Numbered from the stretch's first letter, positions 45,964-56,381 are shown. The stretch is DNA of 64,000 nt from an uncultured virus (IMG/VR IMGVR_UViG_3300032288_004063) (IMGVR_UViG_3300032288_004063); one strand, 5' to 3'. Translations and numbers: made by a program. Notes: generated by a model not told the origin, from the sequence alone.

Positions 45964-47312
45964 AAAATATGATTGCTTCAAATACATATTGTTCTTTACC
46001 TTTTTCTAGTTTAGACATAGCGACAAATGGAAATTATAGAATATGTTGTGAAATAGATTGGACAAATGAGGAAGCAATATCTATGAATTTGATCAAAAAT
46101 GACAACGGAAATCCTTATAATGTTTTTGATAAAAAACCTAGTGAAATATTTAATAATAAAGAATTTTTGTCAATAAGAAAACAGATGTTAGATAATGAAA
46201 AACCAAAAATGTGTAAATCATGTTTTGATAGAGAGGAAAATGTAAAATCTTATAGCGTAATTTCTCGTAGAAAAAGATTCAATCGAAAACTCAATTTAGA
46301 TAGTTTCGATATCAATCAAGACATAAAACTTGACGTAAAAAAAATTAATAAACTCTTTATAAGAATGGGAAATCTATGTAATCTTAAATGTAGAATGTGC
46401 AATCCTTATAGTAGTAGTCCGTGGGTTGATGACTGGAACGATATGGCCAAAAAAACAAACATGCTAAGTTTTAGTAAAAAAATGTGGTATTTGACTGACG
46501 ACAAAAAAAATGAACTCAATAGTTATGATTGGTCAAGCAATGATCTTTGGATAAAAAATATTGAAGAAATAGCAGAGAATTTGCAATTAATTGATTTTGC
46601 TGGCGGAGAACCAACTTTATTTGTAGAACAATATAAGTTGTATGATATGCTAATAGAAAAAGATTGTGCAAAAAATGTAACTTTGCTTATGACAACAAAT
46701 CTAACAAATATTCCAAACCAATTTATACAATATATCGACAAATTTAAAAAAGTAGTACTCAATGCAAGTATTGACGGATATAAAGACGTTAATCGTTATG
46801 TAAGGTATCCTACTGCATGGTCTTCAGTAGAAAAAAATTTAGAAAAATATAGATCATACAAAAATGTTGTCTTAAAAAATCAATGCACCATTCAAATGTA
46901 CAACATACTACATTTTGATAAATTTCTAAATTGGATAAAAGAAAAAGAAAAAAATAATTTTAAATTTGATAGTGTACTTTTCAATTCCTTAAGATCACCC
47001 GTTCAATTGGATATCAGAGTTTTGCCAGAAAGATTAAAAAATCTTGCTTATGAAAGACTAAAACCTTTCATTAATGATCCAACTTTTTTTGACAAAAACA
47101 TCATCAACAACAAAGAATGTCCAGTACAATCAATTGTGGATTGGATGCATAGTTCTGATCTATCACAGCACTTGAATCATTTCTTTGCATATACAACTGC
47201 AATTGATATGCAAAGAAATGAAAGTTTGTTGAACATCGCACCTGAATTTGAACCATACTACACGGTATGGAAAAATTATGTCATCAAGAACAAGAATCTA
47301 ATGTCTTCTTGA
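45960..47312 (+). CDS. radical SAM protein with twitch/SPASM-like Cys cluster
   Basis: CNLKCRMC, AGGEP; N-terminal C..PF, CC, CKSC. Confidence 0.9.
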   Translation: MKNMIASNTYCSLPFSSLDIATNGNYRICCEIDWTNEEAISMNLIKNDNGNPYNVFDKKPSEIFNNKEFLSIRKQMLDNEKPKMCKSCFDREENVKSYSVISRRKRFNRKLNLDSFDINQDIKLDVKKINKLFIRMGNLCNLKCRMCNPYSSSPWVDDWNDMAKKTNMLSFSKKMWYLTDDKKNELNSYDWSSNDLWIKNIEEIAENLQLIDFAGGEPTLFVEQYKLYDMLIEKDCAKNVTLLMTTNLTNIPNQFIQYIDKFKKVVLNASIDGYKDVNRYVRYPTAWSSVEKNLEKYRSYKNVVLKNQCTIQMYNILHFDKFLNWIKEKEKNNFKFDSVLFNSLRSPVQLDIRVLPERLKNLAYERLKPFINDPTFFDKNIINNKECPVQSIVDWMHSSDLSQHLNHFFAYTTAIDMQRNESLLNIAPEFEPYYTVWKNYVIKNKNLMSS

Positions 47313-47317
47313 CAACT

Positions 47318-48880
47318 TCATCTACTAATACTACCTAAATTCATATACCAACCAGCAGCAGTCAAGTTCACATTCTTCAATTGCTTGTTTGAAGCAATCT
47401 TGAATGTAGGTTGTACAAGATTTATGAAAATAGCTTCATCGACCATGTTTTTCTGATACTGTTCATACATCGCATTTCTACGAATGACATTAGACTCCAT
47501 AGCTCCCATTTCAGCAAGATCAACAAGATCCTTTGATGGCTGCCAATGCATTCTTTTTGCGATTCCTCTCACAAAAGGTTTTGTCCACAAACTAGGTTCA
47601 AGTGCATCGATTGTAAATGATACGATAGATGCTTGAAGTTTTGCGGTCCTGTATTGTGTTGTTACTGAAGACGCATCCATTGGAGTCAGATTGACTTTGA
47701 TATTGATCTTGGCAAGATCCGATTGAATTTTTTGTGCCAATAGTGATGTGCTAACATTTAGAGTTGGAGTTGTTGAGTATGCAAAATTGAATTCAAATCC
47801 ATTTGGATTATTCGACATGCTCAAATGCTTTCTTGCCTTTTCTAGATCAAATCTATATCCAAACTTTTCAGTTTGTTCGTTTGTCGCACCACCAATTCCA
47901 ATTGGAAGAATTGATGCTGGTCTTATGCCATAATTACCAAGAAGATTTTTGATGATACCATCATAATCAATTGCATGTGCAATTGCTAGTCGCGCATTCT
48001 TGTTTGCAAGGGCGCTATTCAACTGTGAACCGTTTGTTAGTGCCATGTAGACATAGTCCAAACTTGGTTCAGATACAATTCTAAAATCTTTGTTCTTAGC
48101 CAGTTCGATCTGTTCATTTGACAGATTGAATGCGATGTCGATGTCATTTCTCTGTAGAGCTAGAAACTGTGCAGCGCCATCAGCAATGTGGCGAATGATC
48201 ACTCTATCAAAGTGCAATTTTTCATGCCAAAATGAATTGCGTTCAAGAACAACAATCTCATTTCTTGTCCATCGTGTCATTCTATATGGGCCAGAACCAT
48301 AAGACTTTTCATCAAGATGTCTTGTTGCTGTATCTTTGTCTTTTGATGTCTCATTGCTGACACCACCAAGAGCCTCAAGTTGTTTCTTTGAAAAAATTGA
48401 AAGAGACACAGTTGTCAAAATAGGAAGTAATGGCTCTTGAGGATTTTCCATAAAAACATCAAAAGTTGTGTTGTCTATCACGACAGTTTCTTTTATGTTC
48501 TCGGCAAAATATGCGGGCTGATCTTTCAGATTCTTTAGTCTATCAAAAGAAAATTTTACATCATGTGCGGTAACAGGTTCTCCGTTCCAAAATTTGGCAT
48601 TTTCGCGAAGATAGAATCTCCACGATTTTCCAGAATTAGAAGACTCCCATCTCTTTGCAAGTGCTGGTTTTAGGTCCTCATAATTATTTGCCGAAACAGT
48701 GATCAAAGTCTCGTATACATTACCTAAAGTCAGTGGCGGAGAAACTTCTGCTTGACGAGATGGATCATATGTTCGCCCGTCAGAAATATTCATACCAATA
48801 ATTAGTGTCCTATCTCGTTGAGCGTGAGCATTGAACGCAAGTAGGAAAATTGATAAAATGATAGACAAAAACTTTTTCAT
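47318..48880 (-). CDS. ABC transporter substrate-binding protein (family 5, peptide/nickel)
   Basis: signal peptide; YETL, PALA..W, F.LR..KF.NG.PVTA.DVKFSF, GSGPY. Confidence 0.92.
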   Translation of the reverse strand: MKKFLSIILSIFLLAFNAHAQRDRTLIIGMNISDGRTYDPSRQAEVSPPLTLGNVYETLITVSANNYEDLKPALAKRWESSNSGKSWRFYLRENAKFWNGEPVTAHDVKFSFDRLKNLKDQPAYFAENIKETVVIDNTTFDVFMENPQEPLLPILTTVSLSIFSKKQLEALGGVSNETSKDKDTATRHLDEKSYGSGPYRMTRWTRNEIVVLERNSFWHEKLHFDRVIIRHIADGAAQFLALQRNDIDIAFNLSNEQIELAKNKDFRIVSEPSLDYVYMALTNGSQLNSALANKNARLAIAHAIDYDGIIKNLLGNYGIRPASILPIGIGGATNEQTEKFGYRFDLEKARKHLSMSNNPNGFEFNFAYSTTPTLNVSTSLLAQKIQSDLAKINIKVNLTPMDASSVTTQYRTAKLQASIVSFTIDALEPSLWTKPFVRGIAKRMHWQPSKDLVDLAEMGAMESNVIRRNAMYEQYQKNMVDEAIFINLVQPTFKIASNKQLKNVNLTAAGWYMNLGSISR

Positions 48881-48941
48881 TTCAGTTCACCTCATGTTGT
48901 ATAACTGCATACTATATAGTTCGTCATAATCATGGAGATAT

Positions 48942-49652
48942 ATGAAAATGTATTCATACGAACAAACAAAAACCATTCCAATGGCAGATTATGATGACGG
49001 TCTACGTTCATATATGATGGGCGTATACAATCACATGATGGTCGCATTGCTTGTAACAGGCCTTACGTCATATCTATCCGCACCACTTCTTGCTCCACTA
49101 ATTGGAACAGCATGGTGGTTTGTAATTGCTCTATCGCCTTTGGCCTTTGTTCTTGCCTTTTCGTTTGGTATCAATAGAATGTCTGACATCATGGCAAAAA
49201 TAGTTTTCTATGCATATTCGATTGCAATGGGAGCAAGTCTAAGCATCATTTTCATTTCTTTCACTACAGCAAGCATTGCAAAAGTATTTTTCATTTGTTC
49301 ATCGATCTTTGCAGCAGCTAGCCTATACGGATATACGACAAAGAAAGATCTGACAAGCATGTCCACATTTCTTCTCATGGGAATGTTTGGACTAATCATT
49401 GCAAGCATCGTCAACATTTTCTTGGCAAGTTCAATGGTGGCTTGGATCATTTCTGTTGTTGCCGTTCTTGTTTTTACAGCAATGACTGCATATGACACGC
49501 AAAATTTGAAAGAGGAATATTTGAGCAACGGTGAGGTGTATGGACTCGATTCTAAGGAAAAAAGTTCCATATTTGGAGCCTTGACATTATATCTGAATTT
49601 TGTTATACTCTTTGAACATCTCTTGGCTCTATTGGGTCAAAAGAACGAGTGA
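48942..49652 (+). CDS. Bax inhibitor-1/YccA family membrane protein
   Basis: GLRSYM.GVY..M, YGYTTKKDL, AYDTQ, ALTLYLNF. Confidence 0.92.
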   Translation: MKMYSYEQTKTIPMADYDDGLRSYMMGVYNHMMVALLVTGLTSYLSAPLLAPLIGTAWWFVIALSPLAFVLAFSFGINRMSDIMAKIVFYAYSIAMGASLSIIFISFTTASIAKVFFICSSIFAAASLYGYTTKKDLTSMSTFLLMGMFGLIIASIVNIFLASSMVAWIISVVAVLVFTAMTAYDTQNLKEEYLSNGEVYGLDSKEKSSIFGALTLYLNFVILFEHLLALLGQKNE

Positions 49653-49702
49653 CTATATAATATACATGCTAGTGTGTTCTAGCGATTTCAAAGGAGAAGT
49701 AA

Positions 49703-50149
49703 ATGAAGAAGTATCTTGCTGCACTCGCAGGCGTTGTTATGTCAACTTCGGCAATGGCTGCTGATCTTTATGTGACGGGTTCAGTTGGAACTCATGCTAC
49801 GGGCGCTGGCGACTCGGTCGTTGGTGTTGCTCTTGGCATGGAGCCAAACAAGAATCTGCGTGTTGAGGCTGCATATCAGTATGATGTGGACAACAAGAAG
49901 AACAACCTTTTCGCACACGTTCTTCCACAGTACGCAATTCCCAACACAGGCCTAACTCCATATGTTCTAGTTGGTGTTGGCGCTGACCTTGAATCGCTTG
50001 ATTCAAGACCTCTGTATGTTCTTGGCGGCGGTCTTCGCGTCGAAATGACAAAGACTGTCGATTTCGATGTGCGCTATCGTCGCATTGACAATACAGACAA
50101 TACAGACAAGCGTGAAGTCGTTACAGGCGGCGTAAGCGTAAAGTTCTGA
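49703..50149 (+). CDS. small 8-stranded outer-membrane beta-barrel protein
   Basis: signal peptide AMA; LRVE, TPYV.VGVG, terminal Phe. Confidence 0.85.
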   Translation: MKKYLAALAGVVMSTSAMAADLYVTGSVGTHATGAGDSVVGVALGMEPNKNLRVEAAYQYDVDNKKNNLFAHVLPQYAIPNTGLTPYVLVGVGADLESLDSRPLYVLGGGLRVEMTKTVDFDVRYRRIDNTDNTDKREVVTGGVSVKF

Positions 50150-50163
50150 TCTGAACACACACG

Positions 50164-50197
50164 GTGGCGACATGGGAAACCGTGTCGCCACTTTTTT
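50164..50197 (+). terminator. intrinsic terminator
   Basis: GTGGCGACATGG-GAAA-CCGTGTCGCCAC + T6. Confidence 0.85.
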
Positions 50198-50216
50198 CAT
50201 TATAGGAGATTGATAA

Positions 50217-50750
50217 ATGATTACAAAGGTTCCAAATGTTGTTTTTCATACTCGCGTTCGCGATGATTCTATTGATAGCCCAAACCCATATAGATGGGCG
50301 CAGGTAAGCACCTTTGAATTGTTTTCCGACAAGACAATTCTAGCATTCTCTCTTCCTGGCGCATTCACACCAACTTGTTCGACATATCAAGTTCCTCGCT
50401 TTGAGGAAATGTATACCAAGTTCCGCGCTCTTGGCATTGACGATGTCTATTGCATTTCAGTCAATGATGCTTTCGTCATGAATGCATGGGCCAAGAAGCA
50501 GGGCATCGAAAACTTGAAGATGATTCCAGATGGTTCTGGTAATTTTACTCGTCACATGGGAATGCTTGTTGACAAGGACAATCTTGGATTCGGTATGCGT
50601 TCATGGCGCTATGCATTTCTTGCTCGCAATATGGAAATTACTGGTTCATGGATTGAGCCGGGCTTCAAGGATCTTGCAGTCGATGATCCGTATGGCGAAA
50701 CCAATCCAGAAAAGATCTATTCGGATCTAAAAGGTATTAACATTAGATGA
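50217..50750 (+). CDS. peroxiredoxin (Prx5 type)
   Basis: LPGAFTPTCS, SVNDAFVMNAW, GMRSWRY. Confidence 0.95.
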   Translation: MITKVPNVVFHTRVRDDSIDSPNPYRWAQVSTFELFSDKTILAFSLPGAFTPTCSTYQVPRFEEMYTKFRALGIDDVYCISVNDAFVMNAWAKKQGIENLKMIPDGSGNFTRHMGMLVDKDNLGFGMRSWRYAFLARNMEITGSWIEPGFKDLAVDDPYGETNPEKIYSDLKGINIR

Positions 50751-51166
50751 TAGAATGCTTGATCATTGGCGACTCAATAGCTGTAGGTGTAGCATCTGCT
50801 CGTCCCGAATGCATTACCTATAGTCGTGTTGGATGGACAAGTCAAAGATGGGTTCGTGACTACCTTTCACAAGTAGAAAACAAACCTGCGGAGATCGTCG
50901 TCATCTCATTGGGCGCCAATGATCATTCTGGTGTGAAGACCGAAGAGGAATTGCGTAAGATCAGATCCGCAATCAAGGCACTTCATGTGTTTTGGATTAG
51001 TCCTGGTGTCGAACGCAAACCAATTCCACAAGCTGCCATTGAACGTATTGCACAGGAATATGGCGATACCGTTCTACCAAGACCAAGCAGCATGAGTCCA
51101 GATGGTGTTCATCCAACTGGACGCGGATACAAAGAACTTGCAGACAAGACAAAAAACAAGCCTTGA
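50747..51166 (+). CDS. SGNH/GDSL hydrolase
   Basis: GDS, G.ND, DGVHP. Confidence 0.88.
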   Translation: MIECLIIGDSIAVGVASARPECITYSRVGWTSQRWVRDYLSQVENKPAEIVVISLGANDHSGVKTEEELRKIRSAIKALHVFWISPGVERKPIPQAAIERIAQEYGDTVLPRPSSMSPDGVHPTGRGYKELADKTKNKP

Positions 51167-51197
51167 CATTACCAGAACTATTTCGTATCATAGGATC

Positions 51198-51569
51198 ATG
51201 AATATCATATATGTGCGAAATAGTTCTGGTAAGAAAAAGCCTTCCAACTCCAAGAAGCTGGAAGCAATTCGCCGTGAACATCAGAAGTTTCTGGAATCGG
51301 TTGGCTATACCGGCCGAGCACGTTTATGTACAACAAAACCAAAGCTTGTTGTACAAAGCGCACCAGAGCCATATAGCACCAAATCTCTACAGGAGATGGT
51401 TGGTCCATGTCCCAAGCGTGATATTTGGGAACGCACCAGAAATGAGTCTGACGAAGTCAAGGAGGCAATTCGCCAGAAGGCAGCTCGCACGGCGCCTATT
51501 TGGAATAAGGGTGGTTTGATGTATATTACTGATGACCAAGATTTGACAACCTTGAGTAAAAAGGTTTAG
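51198..51569 (+). CDS. hypothetical protein
   Basis: AP.WNKGG.MY motif seen in T4-like phages; promoter at 51163. Confidence 0.7.
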   Translation: MNIIYVRNSSGKKKPSNSKKLEAIRREHQKFLESVGYTGRARLCTTKPKLVVQSAPEPYSTKSLQEMVGPCPKRDIWERTRNESDEVKEAIRQKAARTAPIWNKGGLMYITDDQDLTTLSKKV

Positions 51570-52026
51570 GTTCATATGAATTCAATAATCTACCTTTTCC
51601 AGTATTTTTAGATTTAAATGTTGGGGTTTGTGAGTGACAATTCGGACACAACAATCTAACATTTTTAAGACTATTGTCATTGAAATTGCCATTAATATGA
51701 TCAAGTTCTAAGCTAATTTTTTTGTTTCTCCAGTCAGATATTTCACATTCTTCACACTTGTAACCGCGCGTTTCAATCAAATGTCGTTTAGTTGAACCGC
51801 TTCCGGCAATTCCTAATTCAATTGCTTTTTTTCTGGCGTATTCATGTTGACATCTATTGTTATTGCAAAACTTTAACGGTTTATTTGCTCTATGTCTTTT
51901 ACCTAATAGTGTATTGCAATTTAGACAATGATCAATCAATTTACTCCAATCCTTCTTACGAAGATCAACATAATTATCACTTTGTTTTCTTTCTCTATAA
52001 TTTGCCATGTATTTTGCTCTTGACAT
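51526..52026 (-). CDS. HNH homing endonuclease
   Basis: CEEC, LELDHING...N...N.RLLCPNCHSQT; GATAAATA upstream. Confidence 0.9.
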   Translation of the reverse strand: MSRAKYMANYRERKQSDNYVDLRKKDWSKLIDHCLNCNTLLGKRHRANKPLKFCNNNRCQHEYARKKAIELGIAGSGSTKRHLIETRGYKCEECEISDWRNKKISLELDHINGNFNDNSLKNVRLLCPNCHSQTPTFKSKNTGKGRLLNSYEPKPFYSRLSNLGHQ

Positions 52027-52448
52027 TACACATTCCTTGTGATATGTTGTATGATATTATTTATCTTCATGAAGCCTTTCGAAATATTACAAATGGAAAA
52101 GAATAAGGAAAAGAAGGAAAACGGTATGAATGATGCAGACAGAGTCAAGGCTCTTGGGAATGCCCTTGACGATATTGTAGAGCTATGCGATAATGACAGA
52201 GTGAGGCCAAAGGTGAAGTTGGCTCTCATAGAGACATTTGCTAGGCTTGCACGAGGATTGACCAATGCAGAAAATAATGTATACGAGTGAAGAGATTGCC
52301 ACGATCAAGCATAGGGCTAGGCGCCTGATGCAGGGTGCGTCTCATACGCCAACCTACATTGATCCAAATTATCTAATGATTGAACAGCTACTAAATATCA
52401 TCACACAGTACGAAGATAACATGCCTAAGTGGATGAAGGAGTCCGATA

Positions 52449-52859
52449 ATGCGTAATATTGTTCTTGCTCTTGCTGCTGCCACAATGCTTTCTGGATGCT
52501 TGACTGCTGGTCCTAATCAGGCTGGCGGAGCTGTCGTCGGCGGTGTTGCTGGTGGTCTTCTTGGTTCCATGGTCGGTGGCGGAACTGGTCGTATCGCAGG
52601 TGCTGCAATTGGTGCGGCCGCAGGTACGATGGTTGGCTCTTCTGTTGGCGCATCGATGGATCGTCAGAATCAGGCTGTTCAGCAGCCGTACTATGCTCCA
52701 GCCCATGTATATGGTCAGAACAATGTTTCTGGATATCCTCAGCCCGGTTCTTCAGCCGGTGAGGCATCTGCATATGCTCGCGGCCGCGCCGAGCGTGAGG
52801 CACAGCTGCAGCAGCAGCGCGAGCATGACGCATATCTTCGCGGTCTTCGCGGTAACTAA
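52449..52859 (+). CDS. glycine-zipper lipoprotein (17 kDa surface-antigen-like)
   Basis: lipobox LSGC; GA..GG..GG..G zipper; G..IG..MD. Confidence 0.85.
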   Translation: MRNIVLALAAATMLSGCLTAGPNQAGGAVVGGVAGGLLGSMVGGGTGRIAGAAIGAAAGTMVGSSVGASMDRQNQAVQQPYYAPAHVYGQNNVSGYPQPGSSAGEASAYARGRAEREAQLQQQREHDAYLRGLRGN

Positions 52860-52874
52860 TTGAGAGACTATATC

Positions 52875-53132
52875 ATGGATTTTGTTGTTTACACCTCGCC
52901 GTCATGCGGCTATTGCCACATGGCCAAGGATCTAATTATCAAGCGTGGACATAATTATGTCGAGAAGGTAATTGGAAAAGACTTGACAAAGGAAGAGTTC
53001 TTTGCTAAGATGGGACCATCAGTTCGTTCAGTCCCTCAGGTCTTCTTGAGGGAAGACCGAATCGGTGGATACGAAAAGCTTCAGGAATACTTTGAAGAGA
53101 TTTCAAACAATTTTGGAAAGCAGGGATTCTAA
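52875..53132 (+). CDS. glutaredoxin
   Basis: CGYC, SVPQVF, IGGY. Confidence 0.92.
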   Translation: MDFVVYTSPSCGYCHMAKDLIIKRGHNYVEKVIGKDLTKEEFFAKMGPSVRSVPQVFLREDRIGGYEKLQEYFEEISNNFGKQGF

Positions 53133-53383
53133 TGTATACCAAGCATGAACTTCGTGAGATGATGCACAATGGTGTTCATACCGTTGTGTTTGTGAAGGCA
53201 GATGGTTCCGAGCGCACCATGCGCGCCACTCTTCTGCCAGAGTATGTGAACAATGGCAAGACGCTATTGCAGGAAGAGGGTGCTGTAAAGCGTCCAGAGA
53301 ATCCTGATGTTCTCGCCGTTTGGGATATGGACAACAATGGCTGGCGTTCATTCCGCATTGATTCCGTGAAGGAGATTGTATAA
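53132..53383 (+). CDS. small SH3/WYL-like-fold conserved phage protein
   Basis: F.KADG.ER.M.ATL...VWD....WRSFR. Confidence 0.8.
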   Translation: MYTKHELREMMHNGVHTVVFVKADGSERTMRATLLPEYVNNGKTLLQEEGAVKRPENPDVLAVWDMDNNGWRSFRIDSVKEIV

Positions 53384-53472
53384 TGCCACATGCACACAAG
53401 AACCGCCCTCGCAAGGGTCGTCGCAAGGTTGGATCAAAGAAGCGCAGGGCTCGCGCTATGCGTAAGAAGTAA
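53383..53472 (+). CDS. very basic 29-aa peptide (not in ORF track)
   Basis: AAGGAG RBS, TAATG overlap; MPHAHKNRPRKGRRKVGSKKRRARAMRKK. Confidence 0.65.
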   Translation: MPHAHKNRPRKGRRKVGSKKRRARAMRKK

Positions 53473-53480
53473 GTTAATAT

Positions 53481-53572
53481 CGGCGCCGGTGTTGGTACAC
53501 AGGGAGGTCTTATAAACCTTTCAGCGGCAGATTACCGTTCTCGACTGGATTCGATTTCCAGGGCGCCGACCA
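53481..53572 (+). tRNA. atypical tRNA(TAT) with long variable arm
   Basis: CGGCGCC/GGCGCCG acceptor, CTTATAA loop, T arm, CCA. Confidence 0.75.
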
Positions 53573-53576
53573 ACTT

Positions 53577-53653
53577 GCCCACGTAGACCAACCGGCAGAG
53601 TCAGGAGACTTAAAATCTCTGTAGTGCGAGTTCGAATCTCGCCGTGGGCACCA
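53577..53653 (+). tRNA. tRNA-Leu(TAA), short variable loop
   Basis: cloverleaf, CCA. Confidence 0.92.
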
Positions 53654-53670
53654 AAATTCAAGGAGTAATC

Positions 53671-54786
53671 ATGAAGGGCTCTCGAAAGATCCCCAAGGTA
53701 AAGGTCAGCAATCTTCTGGAGAAGAGTCTTGCTGGCGCTGAACCAATGTTCATGCCTAATCAGGTCGCGGAGCGTGATGCTCTTGCCGATGCATACAATT
53801 GGTACAACACCAATTATGATTATGCAGATTCCAGAAGGTTTCTTGTTGCGTATCTGAAGTCTGTCGGTCACGACAAGGATGTGCTGCAGAATGTCGCCAA
53901 TCTTCCGTTGACGTATCATGTCACTACGATTGGTTGGGTTGCGCGTATTCTGACGCGAGGCGCAGTTCTTCCTGACGAGAGTCGCGATTGGTTCGATGAT
54001 CAGGTGAAGACTATTCTGGCTCAGAAGCCCATCGTGGTCGTTGATAATGCGATGCCGAAGGCTTCCGTGCAGGATCGCATGTTTGCTCAGTATGATCGCT
54101 GTGTGGCTGATCTGGACGAGAAGATTGACCAGTTCTATGATGGAGTCATTGACTCTCTGGACATCAAGGCTCTTTTGTCGGAGATGAAGCTGTCTGCTCC
54201 TGTCGCCAAGCGTGTCATGGAGCATTACAAGCCTCTGATGGATGAGTATGATGAGGTGCTTGGTCGCAAGGATGAACAGCTGAATGAGGCGTATTCGTCT
54301 ATTCCTCGTTCCAAGGTCAAGGCGATGAAGGCTTTTCTTGAAGGTATCATTGCTGAACTTGGTAATGAGTCATACAAGGCCAAGATGGTTAGGAAGCCGC
54401 GTCGTGCGCGTGTGGTGCCTGCGACCAAGCAGGTGTCCAAGATGAAGTACATGATGCACTGTGCTGAACCAGAGCTGCATTCGGTTGCACCAGAGAGTAT
54501 CATTGGTGCATCTCAGCTGTGGGTGTACAACGTGAAGAAGCGAAAGCTTGGTGTATACAATTCGGAGAGTGCCACTGGACTGCGCGTGAAGGGATCTACC
54601 ATTCAGGCTTATAATCCGCAGACATCTGTGGCAAAGAAGCTGCGTAAGCCCGACAAGGTTCTGGCAATTGTGACGCAGGGTGGAAAGGTTGCTTTGCGTT
54701 CGGTATTGGATGATGTAAAGGCTATTGCTTCGCCCTTGACAGGACGAGTGAATGGTGATACAATTCTTGTGAGAGTTGTGAAATAA
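53671..54786 (+). CDS. conserved T4-like phage hypothetical protein
   Basis: AAGGAG RBS; IIGASQLWVYN.K.RKL, VKGSTI, KKLRKP, GRVN. Confidence 0.8.
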   Translation: MKGSRKIPKVKVSNLLEKSLAGAEPMFMPNQVAERDALADAYNWYNTNYDYADSRRFLVAYLKSVGHDKDVLQNVANLPLTYHVTTIGWVARILTRGAVLPDESRDWFDDQVKTILAQKPIVVVDNAMPKASVQDRMFAQYDRCVADLDEKIDQFYDGVIDSLDIKALLSEMKLSAPVAKRVMEHYKPLMDEYDEVLGRKDEQLNEAYSSIPRSKVKAMKAFLEGIIAELGNESYKAKMVRKPRRARVVPATKQVSKMKYMMHCAEPELHSVAPESIIGASQLWVYNVKKRKLGVYNSESATGLRVKGSTIQAYNPQTSVAKKLRKPDKVLAIVTQGGKVALRSVLDDVKAIASPLTGRVNGDTILVRVVK

Positions 54787-54797
54787 GGAGGTTATTA

Positions 54798-56381
54798 GTG
54801 AAAAAGATTGAGCTAGACGGCGAAACCGCAGATCGCATCACTGTTTCATGCCTAAAAGAGCATCGAGATTTTCTTAAAAAAGAACTAAAGGAATGGAAAA
54901 AGAATCCCAAGACAGATTCTAACCCTCAAGGATACTGGTTGCATCCAGAAGATGTAGCGGAGTATACTCTTCTAATCGAAGCAATGAATCTTCTTCTTAA
55001 ACAATATTTTGAAGCTAAGTAATGAAAAACATTGACGTAGCTATTTCTCAAAACTTGACTAGTTTTGAGACCTCAAAAGATGAACTAGAGCAAGAGCTGG
55101 AACACTATACAAATATGTATGTGTTTTTCAAGGATCTATGTTTCAATATTCTTGAAGGCAAGATTACTCAGGATCAGCTAGCTCAGATTCTTTATGGATT
55201 TGATAGAGGGCATGATGCATGAGCGTTTTTCAGCCTTGGTTGACAAGGCGCAGGAGCTGTCGTATAAAGAGTACGAGAAGCGACTAACTGGCTATTCGCG
55301 CGAAGATTTATTCAATCAAATCTTTGCAGAATTGATTGTCAGAGAATGCATTGCCAAGATCGAAACATATCGCATTCCTGTAGGCAATAGTGCTGCGGGC
55401 GAGATGGCAGCCGAATGGACGCACGATGCATTGTGGCAAATTAGAGACGATATCAAACAGCATTTTGGAGTTGAGTGATGAACAAGATGAACGAAAGAAT
55501 TAAACAACTTGCTGAACAGGCTGGGGCAGGTTGGGACCACAAATATCATTGGTATGTGGGTTCTGAAACAATGCAAAAGTTTGCCGAGTTGATTGTCAGG
55601 GAATGTGTTGATGTATGCAATTCGGTTGCTAAAGATAGAGCAGGTTGTCACGATAGCGAGGGTAGAGATACAGCGTATTCTTGCGGTGATGAGATCAAAG
55701 AACATTTCGGTGTTGAGTGATGAACAAACATCAACTAATTAAATTGCTAACAGAGAAGGCATTTGATATCTATCACTATGATAGAAGATATCCAGAAGTT
55801 GGAATGGGACCTCCTGTGGAATGGATAGTTAGCAAAGCAGCACACAAAATACTTGAAGATGCTGAAACTTGGGGCTATAACGATATGAGTGGGCTTAAAC
55901 AGTTATTGATTGATATTGAAGTCGTAGAGGCTGTGGATGATGCCCTTCGTAAAAGGATAAGAAAATATGGCTGACAACGCTATTCTAGAAGAGCTAATCA
56001 AGATCAGGCAGTTGCTTGAGAGGATGCAGCTTCCTATCCCAGTTGTTAGAGACAACTGGGGTACGATGAATGCACATAAGCCAGATTGTGGTTGTCCTCC
56101 GTACACTGTTTGCGGGAGTCTATCCTGTCCTAGAGGGATAAAGGTAACCAGCTAAAATGGCCAAACAAGTATTCACAAAAAAAGAAGTGACTAGACTCTG
56201 GAAACATCAGTTTGGTCCTTGGGAGAAAGGTCAGTTCTTTCATCCATATACCTGCGAGAATCGCAGTAACCACCCTAAAGTGGCTGGCGACAAAGGCGTT
56301 CTCGTTCCAACTGTTCGCGGATGGATTTGTCCGTTCTGCGATTATACCCAGGACTGGGCGCATGGGGTAAATCAGAAATGA
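54798..56381 (+). other. run of seven small co-oriented hypothetical ORFs (54798, 55022, ~55215, 55475, 55717, 55967, 56157)
   Basis: abutting ORFs; two share FAELIVREC...IK.HFGVE. Confidence 0.65.
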
